Shown: in pieces, positions 33,381-40,139 of the stretch
How positions within the stretch are numbered: the first letter of the stretch is position 1
Layout: every line of letters begins with the position of its first letter
Virus record (IMG/VR): IMGVR_UViG_3300038701_001735
Coordinates: 1-47,017 of that record
Origin: a virus
Length of the DNA stretch: 47,017 bases
Direction: 5' to 3' (one strand)
Position numbers and translations under genes: made by a program
Notes under the pieces: model-generated
What the model saw: only the letters and a program-made list of their open reading frames with translations
Told to the model about the DNA's origin: nothing
Database searches by the model: none

Positions 33381-34651
33381 GATGGAAACTCCTTCTCTAT
33401 CCAGTCGATACGCTCACCAATGAACTGCATCACGTTGACGGCCATGCTGTTGCCGAGGGCCTTGTAGCGCGGACCATCTGGGCACTTGTCTGCGGGCTTG
33501 TTTCGGTAGGGAATGCGCGTGAAGCCCGGGGGAAACCCCTGCAATCTCTCGCACTCCACTGGTGTCAGGCGGCGCACGGCATAGCCATCTCGAACAGCGG
33601 GATAACCCTGGCCCGGTTTACCGCCACCCGAACTCAGTGACGGCGAAACCGCACTTTCGCGAAGCACGCCTTGTTGGTTCTGCGCAAACGCCACCGCCTG
33701 CGGAACGGTTCTTGCCTCCATCGTGTAGGCCGCGCCGTTAGACTGAACCCCAACGCCATCTGGCCCCGTGTCAAGGTTTTCACTCACAGCCCGCTCTTGA
33801 ATTGCCACCGGCACAATCGGCGTTCCGCGTCCCGTTCCGTCCTCGGATGCGTCGAAGCCTTCACCGCGGAGGGCATGGGCGACCATTGTTTGCCCCTCGT
33901 CCATGGTGGTGTTTATGCCTTTGTGCATCCGCGCCGTCAGGGGGTTGGCGACTGGCTGCGTCATTACTGCGACAACCGGGTCTTGGCCTCTTGTTTCACC
34001 GGGTCGCTCTACCCCCCTGCCACTGCCAACAAGGCTTCCCGCAACACCGTGGGCAGTGCTTTGCCCCGCTTCTCGGCTCGGCGCAGGATGCCCTGACATG
34101 CCTTCTGGCTCAGATAAAACCGCAGCGGCACGTCTCCAGTCTCCAAGATATCCGACAACGAACACACGTCTCCGTCGCTGTGGGACAGCATGTGGGAAGC
34201 CGGGTGTTCTGACATACTGAGCGTCAAGCACTCGGTAGGCGAACCCATACCCGAGTTGCCCCAAGCCCCCGAGAAAGGAACCAAAGTCCCGTCCTGATCC
34301 GCTGGACAAGACGCCGGGGACATTCTCCCAAACGATCCACTTGGGGCGATATCGTTCAGCGATGGCAAGATAGGTGAGGGCGAGGTTCCCCCGTGGGTCA
34401 GCAAGCCCCTTGCGTAGTCCTGCCACGCTGAAACTTTGGCACGGGGTTCCTCCGACGAGAACATCGACATCTGCATCTGGCCACTCCTTGAATTGTGTCA
34501 TGTCGCCCCAGTTGGGCACGTCTGGATAATGGTGGGCGAGGACCGCTGCCGGGAATTGATCGATTTCGGAAAACGCGACAGGCGACCATCCAAGCGGATG
34601 CCAAGCCTGCGTTGCGGCCTCGATGCCGCTGCACACGCTGAGATACCTCAT
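33377..34651 (-). CDS. DNA (cytosine-5) methyltransferase
   Basis: Motif I (LSVCSGIEA), IV (GGTPCQSFS), VI (WENVPG), VIII (QRRRRVFVVG) and X (GNSMAVNV). Confidence 0.92.
   Translation of the reverse strand: MRYLSVCSGIEAATQAWHPLGWSPVAFSEIDQFPAAVLAHHYPDVPNWGDMTQFKEWPDADVDVLVGGTPCQSFSVAGLRKGLADPRGNLALTYLAIAERYRPKWIVWENVPGVLSSGSGRDFGSFLGGLGQLGYGFAYRVLDAQYVRTPGFPHAVPQRRRRVFVVGYLGDWRRAAAVLSEPEGMSGHPAPSREAGQSTAHGVAGSLVGSGRGVERPGETRGQDPVVAVMTQPVANPLTARMHKGINTTMDEGQTMVAHALRGEGFDASEDGTGRGTPIVPVAIQERAVSENLDTGPDGVGVQSNGAAYTMEARTVPQAVAFAQNQQGVLRESAVSPSLSSGGGKPGQGYPAVRDGYAVRRLTPVECERLQGFPPGFTRIPYRNKPADKCPDGPRYKALGNSMAVNVMQFIGERIDWIEKEFPS
34009..34476 (-). CDS. Candidate overprinted ORF (155 codons) inside the methyltransferase gene, in a different frame on the same strand
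   Basis: AAGGAG lies 7 nt upstream of the ATG. By hand count, third-position GC is about 70% here versus about 55% for the methyltransferase frame over the same DNA. The C-terminal 50 aa are protein-like. Confidence 0.3.
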   Translation of the reverse strand: MQMSMFSSEEPRAKVSAWQDYARGLLTHGGTSPSPILPSLNDIAPSGSFGRMSPASCPADQDGTLVPFSGAWGNSGMGSPTECLTLSMSEHPASHMLSHSDGDVCSLSDILETGDVPLRFYLSQKACQGILRRAEKRGKALPTVLREALLAVAGG

Positions 34652-35046
34652 TTCCGCACCTCGAACTTCTGCGCATGGCGAAACACGATCCCGGCCACGG
34701 CGCTGACGCTGATGCCGAACCGCTCACCAATTTCGGCATACGGTTTTCCCTGACGACGAAGCTCCAAAATGGTCCGATTGCGGTCCTGATCGACGCCCAG
34801 ACGCTTCCGCCACCGCAACGTGCGGCCCGGCGCCCTCATTTCAGCCCCCCATATGCGCTCCGTAGAGAGCGGTTTGCCCTTCCCGGCGCCCCTACCCCCA
34901 GAAACACCCGACTTGTGCTCTGACGGGCCTCTCCGTGGGTCTGAGGGCACCTTTGGCTTCTGGTAGAAGCTTTCCGTCTCCCGGTGGTCGGCCTTCATGC
35001 CCCGCAACTGGTCTGTCAGGGCGTCCAATTCATCCTTGATGCTCAT
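34648..35046 (-). CDS. GcrA-like HTH protein, 132 aa, translationally coupled to the methyltransferase
   Basis: The C-terminal ..ILELRRQGKPYAEIGERFGISVSAVAGIVFRH.. resembles the GcrA N-terminal DNA-binding domain. ATGA overlap with the methyltransferase start. Confidence 0.5.
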   Translation of the reverse strand: MSIKDELDALTDQLRGMKADHRETESFYQKPKVPSDPRRGPSEHKSGVSGGRGAGKGKPLSTERIWGAEMRAPGRTLRWRKRLGVDQDRNRTILELRRQGKPYAEIGERFGISVSAVAGIVFRHAQKFEVRK

Positions 35047-35221
35047 GATCGACTTCCTCTTGGTTTGGTTTCGCGACGTTCAAGATCGCCTCTCGGTCAA
35101 CCGTGAACTCCGCAACGATCCGGCCTTCACCGCCGGGCCCGCCTATGACTTCCCCGCCGAGAACGACCGTGCGGGCGCCAGTCGTTTCAAGAATGCGGAG
35201 AGTGATCTTGCGCTTCGTCAT
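35030..35221 (-). CDS. Hypothetical 63-aa protein
   Basis: ATGA overlap with the upstream stop. Confidence 0.45.
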   Translation of the reverse strand: MTKRKITLRILETTGARTVVLGGEVIGGPGGEGRIVAEFTVDREAILNVAKPNQEEVDHEHQG

Positions 35222-36042
35222 ACGTAATTTTCCCAGAACGGCTTATCGCCGGGGCGATGGACTATTTGCCGGTCTGCTTTGGAATCCGAAAGCCAAGGCT
35301 CCCACTCGGGCGCGTTCAAAAACCTTTGAGTGCTAACGAGGTAGGTGAAGTCGCCATTGAACGAAGCAATGTATCTACGCGCCGCCTCATTCAATTCACT
35401 GGGCGACAATTGGCGACTGGCTCGCTTGTGCTTGCCCTCGCACGTCTTGCGATAGAGCGCTTCACACGCTTGCTTTGGCTTTTTCCGTGAATGTGATGGC
35501 CAGATATCATGCCAAAACTCTCGAAAGCCAACTTCGATCGGATCGGGCGACTTTGGCTTGGGTTCTTCTTTGCCGTGAAGGTCAGGGAAAAGCTCAGGTT
35601 CGTCAGAACCGGCATTATTGGACGGTTTAAGGACGGTTTTAGGACGGTTCGGGTGAACTGACTTCACCTCTTGGGGTGAACTGACTTCACCTCTTGGGGT
35701 GAACTCAGGTGACGGGTGTAAATCTGCACCTCTTGTTTCATCCAGTGTTAGAGCGTCTTCTAGCGCCTCGATCCCCGCAAGATTCAGCGCATATTCTATG
35801 ACGTATCCGTTAGGGCATTTTCGCTTTCCGACCTCTGATAAAATCCCCTCCGTCACAAACTCATTCATCGTCGAAATGACTGTCTTCTTGGAGCACTCAA
35901 CCTCTTTGGCGATGCGGACCTTCGAGGCCCAAACGCCCGAGCCATCGTCGTTCGCTCGCTCTGCGCAGTAAGCAAGTATTGCCTTGCGCGCCATCGATCC
36001 GATGCGCTTTCGATAAACCAGCGCAGCAACATATCGGCTCAT
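35218..36042 (-). CDS. Replication initiator-like winged-helix protein (lambda O analogue), 274 aa
   Basis: N-terminal wHTH (..IAKEVECSKKTVISTMNEFVTEGIL..). Iteron-like repeats lie inside the gene. It sits upstream of the helicase. Confidence 0.6.
   Translation of the reverse strand: MSRYVAALVYRKRIGSMARKAILAYCAERANDDGSGVWASKVRIAKEVECSKKTVISTMNEFVTEGILSEVGKRKCPNGYVIEYALNLAGIEALEDALTLDETRGADLHPSPEFTPRGEVSSPQEVKSVHPNRPKTVLKPSNNAGSDEPELFPDLHGKEEPKPKSPDPIEVGFREFWHDIWPSHSRKKPKQACEALYRKTCEGKHKRASRQLSPSELNEAARRYIASFNGDFTYLVSTQRFLNAPEWEPWLSDSKADRQIVHRPGDKPFWENYV
35620..35650. repeat. Three GGACGGTT(T) iterons with 11-bp phasing (candidate origin)
   Basis: Copies at 35620, 35631 and 35642. Confidence 0.6.
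35651..35705. repeat. Tandem 23-bp repeat, 2.4 copies (gggtgaactgacttcacctcttg), each containing GTGAA-N5-TTCAC
   Basis: 35651..35673 equals 35674..35696 exactly, and a partial third copy follows. The period is not a multiple of 3, so the repeat is conserved at the DNA level rather than the protein level. Confidence 0.85.
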
Positions 36043-36557
36043 TGTGTTGGACCCCGCTTTGAATACACGCGCTGCAATTCTCGGGACCGCAATCGAGACC
36101 GCTCAAACACATCTCTCGCCTCTCCATCGTCGAAAACATCGAGGATATGGCCCACGTCATCGACGGCGCATCCGGCCTTTTGGGCAAACAGCCAAAGTGA
36201 AGACCCGTCGATGAAATCGTCTCTTGGGATCAACGTGTATTCTGGCGCATAGGCGCTAACCATCTCAGCCATCTGTTCGATCAGATGATCTTGGACTTGC
36301 CGCTGCGCCTCGGCTCCCGTCAGCCGAAAAAACTCGCGGCTGTCACTCAGTCGCTTGTCGGACAAATCCAGATGAAGCCGCCGCTCCAAATCCACGCAGT
36401 CAGGACTCAGAACTTCGATCACCACGTCAAACGGCGTCGGAACGCCGGTCTGGTAAAGCTCGTGGGCCCGCCGCTGAACGCTGCGGCATGTTCTGCCGAT
36501 CTTGATTAACCCTGGCATCGCCTGATTGCTCAGTGCGTAAACGTATCCTTTGCTCAT
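36039..36557 (-). CDS. T5orf172 (GIY-YIG-related) domain protein, 172 aa
   Basis: GYVYALSNQAMPGLIKIGRT...RRAHEL...PF.V...EFF is the T5orf172 pattern. ATGA overlaps on both sides. Confidence 0.7.
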   Translation of the reverse strand: MSKGYVYALSNQAMPGLIKIGRTCRSVQRRAHELYQTGVPTPFDVVIEVLSPDCVDLERRLHLDLSDKRLSDSREFFRLTGAEAQRQVQDHLIEQMAEMVSAYAPEYTLIPRDDFIDGSSLWLFAQKAGCAVDDVGHILDVFDDGEARDVFERSRLRSRELQRVYSKRGPTQ

Positions 36558-37075
36558 GTGAACAGCCCTCCAATCGGTTTGGCTTGTGTTCCTGCCCACT
36601 TTGCGCAGGCGTAATCCCAGATCGCGCAGGCATCGGCTTGATCGTCGTCGTCCACCTTCCAGCCGAGCATGTTGCACCGGGCGATCAGTGCGCGCTTGAT
36701 CTCCTGCCGGGCCCGACCCTTCGACATGCCGGGAAAGCTGGCCGAGGTCAGATGCTTGCCGAGGAAGTGCTTGCGGACTGAGGCGATGGCGATCTTCTCG
36801 GGCTCAAACCCAAGGCGCGTGGCCTCACCCACGAAGCAGGCAGCAATCCCGACCAGCGTGTGCGAAGTCTTCGGGCCACCCACGGGCGCCTCGTAGACCA
36901 GCAGATCGGGCTTGTGCTTGCGGATCAGCGTGTTCGTCAGGCCGATCATCTTGGAAAACCGCACCGCCTCAGAGCGCGACTTGCCAAGATCAACGGAAAT
37001 GGCGCGCGGAGTTTCCCCCGCGACACCAAAGGCAACGCCAGTGCAACCGGCGATATCGAGGGCCATCACCCTCAT
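36554..37075 (-). CDS. ruvC: RuvC-like Holliday junction resolvase
   Basis: MALDIAG (Asp), ..VYEAP.. (Glu), ..DDDQADACAIWDYA.. (Asp-x2-Asp). Confidence 0.75.
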   Translation of the reverse strand: MRVMALDIAGCTGVAFGVAGETPRAISVDLGKSRSEAVRFSKMIGLTNTLIRKHKPDLLVYEAPVGGPKTSHTLVGIAACFVGEATRLGFEPEKIAIASVRKHFLGKHLTSASFPGMSKGRARQEIKRALIARCNMLGWKVDDDDQADACAIWDYACAKWAGTQAKPIGGLFT

Positions 37076-37488
37076 GCGCCGAACGCCGACACCACGTTGT
37101 CGTCGTCGAGACCTTCAACCGCCTCGTCGAACTCCGCGCTTTCCTGTTCGATCTCGTCGAGGTCATCACCGACCATCTCGGCCGGTTCGCCCAGGTCCAT
37201 CTCGACGTTGCCTTGGGACTCGACGTGATTGCGGACCATCGGCAGCGCCAATTCCAGCGATCGGATCACGTCCATCGCCTTGGACTGGCCGTCCTTCTTC
37301 GGAAGCTGCTTGAGGATCTGCTTGAGGAACCCGTAGGCCTTCGCGTTCAGGCGCGTGTCTTCGAGAAACTCCTTGACCTTGGCCGCAGATTCAGAGGCAT
37401 CGGAAGATCGCGCGTGTTCCTCGCGTAGCCGGGCCAGAAGGTTGTCGATCAGTTGATCATGCTCGATCGTGATTTCGTCATCGCTCAT
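37072..37488 (-). CDS. Hypothetical acidic 138-aa protein
   Basis: AGGAG lies 8 nt upstream of MSDDEITIE. The C-terminus is strongly acidic. Confidence 0.55.
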   Translation of the reverse strand: MSDDEITIEHDQLIDNLLARLREEHARSSDASESAAKVKEFLEDTRLNAKAYGFLKQILKQLPKKDGQSKAMDVIRSLELALPMVRNHVESQGNVEMDLGEPAEMVGDDLDEIEQESAEFDEAVEGLDDDNVVSAFGA

Positions 37489-37639
37489 TGGCGTGTCTCC
37501 TGTTTGTGAAGCCGGTTCTCGCACCGGCAAGCGCCTGATGGTGCCCTTGGACGTGTTCATGAACACCCGCGCCGAACGTCGTCAGGACACCGTTGCGGCC
37601 TCAGCGATCAGCCGTAGGAAGAACTCGGGCGGGTATGCG

Positions 37640-37673
37640 AAAAACGCGGGCGACATCACTCTGCCGCCCGCGT
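37640..37673 (-). terminator. Intrinsic terminator overlapping the stop codon of the Cro-like gene (tR1-like position)
   Basis: On the minus strand: ACGCGGGCG (12-nt loop containing the TGA) CGCCCGCGT followed by TTTTT. Confidence 0.6.
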
Positions 37674-37907
37674 CTCATCTTCATGCTCTTGAATGTTGTG
37701 CCGATTGGCACAATCTTGTGTGTCATCGACCGGATGTCTGTGCATGTATTCGGTAACCCGGCGAACATCGTCCGCCAGTGTCTCAGCTTTCCGCTGCATC
37801 CGATCCCAAGAGTAAGCATTGCCAGTCACACGACGGACCACGTTCGCAGGCGTCGTCCCGTTGGCTTCTGCGTAGTCCTCGACGGTTTTGAAAAATGTGT
37901 TCAGCAT
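37656..37907 (-). CDS. Cro-like small DNA-binding protein, 83 aa, first gene of the leftward early operon
   Basis: Divergent from the cI-like gene across the operator region. ..YAEANGTTPANVVRRVTGN.. is HTH-like. The SD is weak. Confidence 0.5.
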   Translation of the reverse strand: MLNTFFKTVEDYAEANGTTPANVVRRVTGNAYSWDRMQRKAETLADDVRRVTEYMHRHPVDDTQDCANRHNIQEHEDETRAAE

Positions 37908-37916
37908 AAGCGCCAG

Positions 37917-37932
37917 AGTGTCAAAAGACACT
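37917..37932. promoter_or_regulatory. Operator 1: perfect palindrome AGTGTCAAAAGACACT
   Basis: Read directly. Lies between the divergent HTH genes. Confidence 0.6.
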
Positions 37933-37942
37933 GGAAAACACA

Positions 37943-37958
37943 AGTGTCAAAAAACACT
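37943..37958. promoter_or_regulatory. Operator 2: AGTGTCAAAAAACACT
   Basis: 15 of 16 positions match the operator 1 pattern. Centre-to-centre distance is 26 bp. Confidence 0.55.
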
Positions 37959-37988
37959 GTAGCGCCAGCGCCTTGGAGTGCGCAGAAA

Positions 37989-38312
37989 ATGGGCATGGCA
38001 AGAACGTTTAGAGACGCCTTGATCTGGCACCTGGATCGCCACAAAACCAGCATCACAGACTTGGCGCGAAGCTGCGGCGTCTCGCGAGATGTCATCAACA
38101 ACATCATCCGCCGAGAGGACTCATCCACCAGTGTAGAGCGGGCAATCGCAATCGCTTCTTACTACGGTGAAAGCGTCGAGCAATTCCTCGCTTGCGGCGT
38201 CCCAAACAACCGACTTGATGTCGTCGCGCGCCTGATCGGCCTCATAACTCCCGACGAACTAAAGATGCTCGAAAGCCAACTGCGCGGCCTTATCTCGTCG
38301 CGCAAAATCTGA
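37989..38312 (+). CDS. cI-like XRE-family HTH repressor, 107 aa
   Basis: HTH TSITDLARSCGVSRDVINNIIRRED. Flanked by operator palindromes on both sides. Confidence 0.7.
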   Translation: MGMARTFRDALIWHLDRHKTSITDLARSCGVSRDVINNIIRREDSSTSVERAIAIASYYGESVEQFLACGVPNNRLDVVARLIGLITPDELKMLESQLRGLISSRKI

Positions 38313-38389
38313 TTCGCCGCAAAAATAATCCCTGACATTTCCAGACGATGACGCAAAATCTGTGTCATTTGACAAGTTTTGCCTTGCGG

Positions 38390-38405
38390 AGTGTCAATCG
38401 ACACG
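38390..38405. promoter_or_regulatory. Operator 3: AGTGTCAATCGACACG, overlapping the -10 region of a TTGACA (38369..38374) promoter-like element
   Basis: 15 of 16 positions palindromic. Lies upstream of the rightward operon that starts at 38443. Confidence 0.45.
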
Positions 38406-38442
38406 ATATCCGTTGTTTTGCAGACACGGAGGCAAGCGACAC

Positions 38443-38718
38443 ATGCAGGGCTACACCCACGACTTCTACGCCAGCGTTGCGACGAGCGGCCAAGGCGTTC
38501 TTTCGATCGAGTGCGAGGCCGCGGAATACGAGGTCTGGCGCGACGACGATATCGAGGTGCGCTTGGGTTCGATCAAGGTCGGCCCCCGCATTCTGACACG
38601 CGCTGATCTGGCCCGTCTGTTCGGTGAACACACCGTTCGAGAGGCAGAGCAAGCCGTCTCCCAACACATCATTGATCTGGGCGGGTTCGAGGTTGTGTTT
38701 CCTCGCGACGATGCCTGA
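38443..38718 (+). CDS. Hypothetical 91-aa protein
   Basis: GGAGG lies 10 nt upstream of the ATG. Confidence 0.55.
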   Translation: MQGYTHDFYASVATSGQGVLSIECEAAEYEVWRDDDIEVRLGSIKVGPRILTRADLARLFGEHTVREAEQAVSQHIIDLGGFEVVFPRDDA

Positions 38719-38743
38719 CGACCCCTCACACACGGAGACCAAC

Positions 38744-39343
38744 ATGCTTACAAAAAACCACGCCGAACTGACCGCAGAGGTTCGCGCGCACATCGCCGCC
38801 GATGCGGTTGTGCAGGGCAACTATTGGGACGGCAGCAAGGGATGTTTTATCGGGTGCCTCGCGCATTCGCCGGATGCGATGGTGTTGCAAGATCGCTTTG
38901 GCCTGCCTCGGCCGCTCGTCAGGATATGCGAAAACATATTCGAGGCCCTGTCAGCCGATGATGCCACGGCGTTTTTCTCGGCCATCCCCGATGCGGTCGG
39001 GCGAGACGGGAAAGACCTGAGCCGCGTTCACTGGCAGTTTCTGGCGTCTGAGTTGCGCGCTTTGCCAAAGGTTCCCGCCGAAATTCAGAAGGTCATCAAC
39101 CCTGTGATTGAGGGCATGGACTTGCTGGCATCCGGGAAGGAATGGCCCGCCGCCTATGCCGCCTATGCCGCCGCCTATGCCGCCTATGCCGCCTATGCCG
39201 CCGCCGATGCCGCCCGTGCCACCTTTGCCGCCGCCGATGCCGCCCGTGCCGCCGCCTGTGCCGCCGCCTGTGCCGCCGCCTGTGCCTCCGCCCGAGGCAG
39301 GCAGCGGGACACCATTTTGCGCCTCATTTCAGAAGCCGCCTGA
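38744..39343 (+). CDS. Alanine-repeat protein A, 199 aa (globular N-terminal domain plus an AAY/AAAD/AAAC repeat tract)
   Basis: GGAGACCAAC directly precedes the ATG. Contains ..GNYWDGSKGCFIGCLAHS.. followed by AAYAAYAAAYAAYAAYAAADAARATFAAADAARAAACAAACAAAC. Confidence 0.65.
   Translation: MLTKNHAELTAEVRAHIAADAVVQGNYWDGSKGCFIGCLAHSPDAMVLQDRFGLPRPLVRICENIFEALSADDATAFFSAIPDAVGRDGKDLSRVHWQFLASELRALPKVPAEIQKVINPVIEGMDLLASGKEWPAAYAAYAAAYAAYAAYAAADAARATFAAADAARAAACAAACAAACASARGRQRDTILRLISEAA
39149..39286 (+). repeat. In-frame GCC-rich short tandem repeats (units gcctatgcc(gcc), gccgccgatgccgcccgtgcc, gccgcctgtgcc x3)
   Basis: Read directly. Confidence 0.9.
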
Positions 39344-39348
39344 CCCCC

Positions 39349-39373
39349 CCAGCGGGGTTAGCGCCCCGCTCCC
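39349..39373 (+). repeat. 25-bp hairpin element, copy 1 (ccagcggggttagcgccccgctccc)
   Basis: Identical to 40097..40121. A 7-bp GC stem lies directly after the stop codon and before the next SD. Confidence 0.95.
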
Positions 39374-39390
39374 AACTTGGGAGAATGAGA

Positions 39391-40092
39391 ATGACCGACT
39401 TGACCGAACTTTTTGACCGCTGGAACAGCGATGAGGGGCGCCCTTACAAAGGCATCCTGATTAACATGGACGCATATTCCAAAGCCCCGGACAACATCGG
39501 GTGCATGTGCGCACAGGGGCAAGTCCTGCACCTTGTTGCCGGATGGTCTGCTGACAAGCTGAATACCGCGTCGCAAGACGATGCCGATGCTGAGACGGCA
39601 AAGTTGCTGAACATCAGCCGCGCTCATGCCGTCCTGCTGCGCGTTGTTAACGACAAGGCAGATGGCGCCCCTGCTGTTGTGCTGACGGCCCCCGGCAAAG
39701 TCCTTGGCGACAAGTGGTCAACTCTGCTGGATTTTTGGTGGCATTTGGACGGCATGAGCCATGAGCAATGGACCGCCGCATGGGTCTCCGCATGGACCGC
39801 CGCATGGGTCTCCGCACGGGACGCCGCATGGGTCTCCGCACGGGACGCCGCATGGGTCTCCGCACGGGACGCCGCAGGGGACGCCGCAGGGGACGCCGCA
39901 CGGGACGCCGCACGGGACGCCGCACGGGACGCCGCACGGGACGCCGCAGGGGACGCCGCAGGGGCATCAAGCGAAATTCAAGGCGCGGACATTTTGCGCA
40001 AGAACGGCAAATCGCTGTTTTTCCTGCCCGCGTTCGGCTTTGCCGGACCCGAAGATATCCCCGCACGGCCTGCTGATTACGGAACCCACTGA
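39391..40092 (+). CDS. Alanine-repeat protein B, 233 aa (globular N-terminal domain plus DAAWVSAR x3 and DAA(R/G) x8 repeats)
   Basis: GGAG lies 7 nt upstream of the ATG. The repeat tract is TAAWVSAWTAAWVSARDAAWVSARDAAWVSARDAAGDAAGDAARDAARDAARDAARDAAGDAAG. Confidence 0.65.
   Translation: MTDLTELFDRWNSDEGRPYKGILINMDAYSKAPDNIGCMCAQGQVLHLVAGWSADKLNTASQDDADAETAKLLNISRAHAVLLRVVNDKADGAPAVVLTAPGKVLGDKWSTLLDFWWHLDGMSHEQWTAAWVSAWTAAWVSARDAAWVSARDAAWVSARDAAGDAAGDAARDAARDAARDAARDAAGDAAGASSEIQGADILRKNGKSLFFLPAFGFAGPEDIPARPADYGTH
39772..39963 (+). repeat. In-frame perfect tandem repeats: a 24-bp unit (gacgccgcatgggtctccgcacgg) x3 and a 12-bp unit (gacgccgca[c/g]gg) x8
   Basis: Read directly. Confidence 0.95.
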
Positions 40093-40096
40093 ACCT

Positions 40097-40121
40097 CCAG
40101 CGGGGTTAGCGCCCCGCTCCC
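40097..40121 (+). repeat. 25-bp hairpin element, copy 2
   Basis: Identical to 39349..39373. Confidence 0.95.
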
Positions 40122-40139
40122 TACAGACAGGAGAATACG

